The notes under the pieces are model-generated. The model ran no database searches, had not been told where the DNA came from, and was given only the letters and a program-made list of their open reading frames with translations. A stretch of DNA of 64,000 nucleotides from Vitrella brassicaformis CCMP3155 (taxonomy: Eukaryota > Protista > Chromerida), in the NCBI GenBank assembly GCA_001179505.1, contig CDMY01000309.1:1-64000 (forward strand), read 5' to 3'. Shown here piece by piece: positions 61,826 through 64,000 of the stretch. Made by a program: the position numbers and the translations under genes. Within the stretch, counting starts at the first letter, position 1. Every line of letters begins with the position of its first letter.

Positions 61826-63077
61826 GTGATAAAAAGGAGGAGGACGGGCACGTGGATGACGACAAGGGCGACATCGCCATCAGCATCAGGACCAACACCA
61901 ACGATAGACGCGTCTATGCTGACCATGCAGAACATCCTGCAGCTCTGCCACCTGGTCCGATACTTCGCCATCAAAGCCGTCAAGACCGTCAGACTCCTGT
62001 CGCCCGTCGGTCTGGGGCCGCCGTCAGCCGTGCGTAAGACCAGGGAAGGGGCGAGATGCGCAAACGACCGCAGTGGGGGAGCTGAAAGCGCTGCCGATGG
62101 GTCAGAGAGGGAGGAGCCCCATAAGGCCGGGGGCGATGAATGAATGGACACGGACAAGGAGGCGGCCGACAAGACAGGAAAGGCCCCCATGGCCGCGATG
62201 CAAACGAGTAAGAAACACAGATGCAGAGGAAAGGCACATGAGTGCTCCTCGTTATTGCTGTGATGCAGGCCGTTGTCGTCCGTCGAGCGCATCGCGACAG
62301 CGACACCACCCCCCGCCAGGCTGTGCAGACCGCTCCATTCAGCCAGATCCAGTCTCTCCGTCGACACCCGCCCGCCCCTTCTCGCCCAGTGGCCCATTCA
62401 ATCCATCAGAGTCGCCACCCAGCTCCCTTGCCGGCCGCAGCTTAAGGCCCTGTCCACTCGCGACCTACCGCATCAGTCATGAGCTGCGGCGGAAGGAAAG
62501 GGATAGGGACGAGGAGAGTGAGGACGACGACTGGCATGGCGACCTTGATGTGGAGGCAATGCGGTCTACGATGTTCCCGGTGCCGCCCTTTGGTGTGTTG
62601 AGGACCGCCAATGTCGGTGTGGGCGGACTGGGTGGTCTGCCAAGCGGTTCGTTGAGCCTTCTGTTGTGGAACGAGAAGGAGGAGAGAGAACAGCGAGACG
62701 CCATCGGCCGCAGGAGTGCAGCAGCAGCAGCAGCAGCATCGTTCCCGACGCCCTGCTCATCTCCGCTGCCGACGGGCCGTTTCCCATCGCCATCGCCACC
62801 CTGTGGTGACTCATCTGACACGGTCAGAGTCGGCCAGTGGGATGTGGTGTTCGGACCGGACGGCGTTGCGCTGATACGGGACAGCGAGACCTACGGTATC
62901 ACTCTGCACAAGGGCATCCTTCTCCGTCTGTGGCTCGGCAACAAACACAGCAGCAGCGACGACAGAAGAGGGCGAGGGAGAAGAGGCGAGGTGGGCGTCG
63001 AAGGTGAGACATGCCACAGCAGGTTCCGCCGCCCCCCGGCCTGTGGGTATTCATTGGCTTGCCGGTCAGAGCGGTGA
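61826..63077 (+). CDS. Possible hypothetical or degenerate gene (two overlapping ORFs)
   Basis: ORFs 61826-62143 and 62073-63077 contain protein-like stretches (DLDVEAMRSTMFPVPPFG, GITLHKGILLRLWLG), but no splice model or family was recognised. Confidence 0.3.
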
Positions 63078-63651
63078 TCGAGCTCAATCACCTTCTTGGG
63101 GGATGGGTGGGATGGGCCGCCCGGTCACTTCCTGTACACTAAGGCAGTTGGGGGGAGGGGGGCGGGGGAGGAGGTCTCTTGCTGGGCGTGGGAATGTCTG
63201 GGCGACTACGGCTCACTGGGACGTGAGGGCTTTTTTGGGCTGTCGGTGTATGCAGTGTGTGGTTTGTCTTTGCTGCATCCGTCCATCCATCGTCTTAATG
63301 TATTCCTTTTGGTTGCCACACACGAATCACTCCCTGTGCAGTACATATGCAGTTCGATTGGTCTTAGGGAATGAGGGCATCTGTGAAGTGTCTGAGAACA
63401 TCTGCGGCCATGGCTCTTTTTCGGTGTCTTTAGCTTTGCTGGATGCGTCCTGCTGGAGGGAAATCCCTTTCGGTCCCTTCTGCTCTTTTTCGGGTCTTTC
63501 CCTCAGGGATTTCCTGCATACGCGCCATTGGTGTGTTCTTCTCAGTTGCCCACACAAAATGGTCACGCCGTGACGATTGGCGAACGACCGATTTGTCGGT
63601 GTCTGTGTGGGCGTCGGTATCGTGTGTGACCGGGTGAAATGGACGGTGGTT

Positions 63652-63712
63652 AACTTATGTGTGTGACGCGTGTGATGCGTAAGTAGGTGGCTAAGTTAAA
63701 ACGGACACGTCA
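63652..63712. repeat. 61-bp dispersed direct repeat, copy B
   Basis: Identical to 59414-59474, with looser similarity extending about 20 bp to the left. Confidence 0.9.
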
Positions 63713-63858
63713 GATGGACGAAATTGAGTATTACTCACCAAGTAATGCTGCTTACACACACAAAGAACCAGCCAATACATCATCAATCAAGAGTTACCCA
63801 CCCACACAAACCAAACACACAGACGTCCGACCACCGACACACTCCTAAACACATCTAT

Positions 63859-64000
63859 CTAGCCGCGGAACAGGGTGCCGATAATCTTCTCCCCGACGCG
63901 TTTGGCCTTCTCCCACGTGGGCCGCCTCTCCAGATTGCGTGGATACTGCTGTCGTCTGTCGTGCCGCTCCCTGCGGGCCACAATGTCGTCCGACCTGATC
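63859..64000 (-). CDS. Probable 3' end of a gene entering from the right edge
   Basis: Open frame IRSDDIVARRERHDRRQQYPRNLERRPTWEKAKRVGEKIIGTLFRG* ending at TAG 63861-63859. Confidence 0.4.
   Translation of the reverse strand, partial: IRSDDIVARRERHDRRQQYPRNLERRPTWEKAKRVGEKIIGTLFRG

Overview
This is eukaryotic, GC-rich, very intron-dense DNA. Introns are packed with (CA/TG)n, (GACA)n and (GGAT)n microsatellites, a style most consistent with a chromerid alga such as Vitrella (inference). It is a draft assembly with six 300-N placeholder gaps. The dominant structure is a large inverted segmental duplication (about 1213-9530 versus 47415-54238). Each arm carries a phytochelatin-synthase-like (papain-fold C83) gene and tandem copies of a lineage-expanded, F-box/LRR-like gene family. 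The ~38 kb between the arms contains an SLC35/DMT transporter, a TraB/GumN (Tiki-like) secreted protein, RAD54, a DUF1295 membrane protein, a Piwi-type Argonaute, a GH29 alpha-L-fucosidase, the ribonucleotide reductase large subunit and a probably GPI-anchored GMC oxidoreductase. To the right lie an F-box-like gene, a UAP56-binding-motif/RGG protein and an ankyrin protein. The most notable observations are four. (1) The Piwi-like Argonaute has a degenerate catalytic tetrad (D-E-C-E), an RGG tract inserted inside the PIWI domain, and a 1-nt frameshift that an alternative donor could bypass. (2) A precise 5' half of a tRNA(Ile)-like gene sits at the inner edge of the left duplicated arm. (3) A TGCGAGCTT motif recurs in most head-to-head promoters. 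(4) The duplication breakpoint may have created an in-frame chimeric gene that lacks the catalytic Cys. All splice models were made by eye; no database searches were run.
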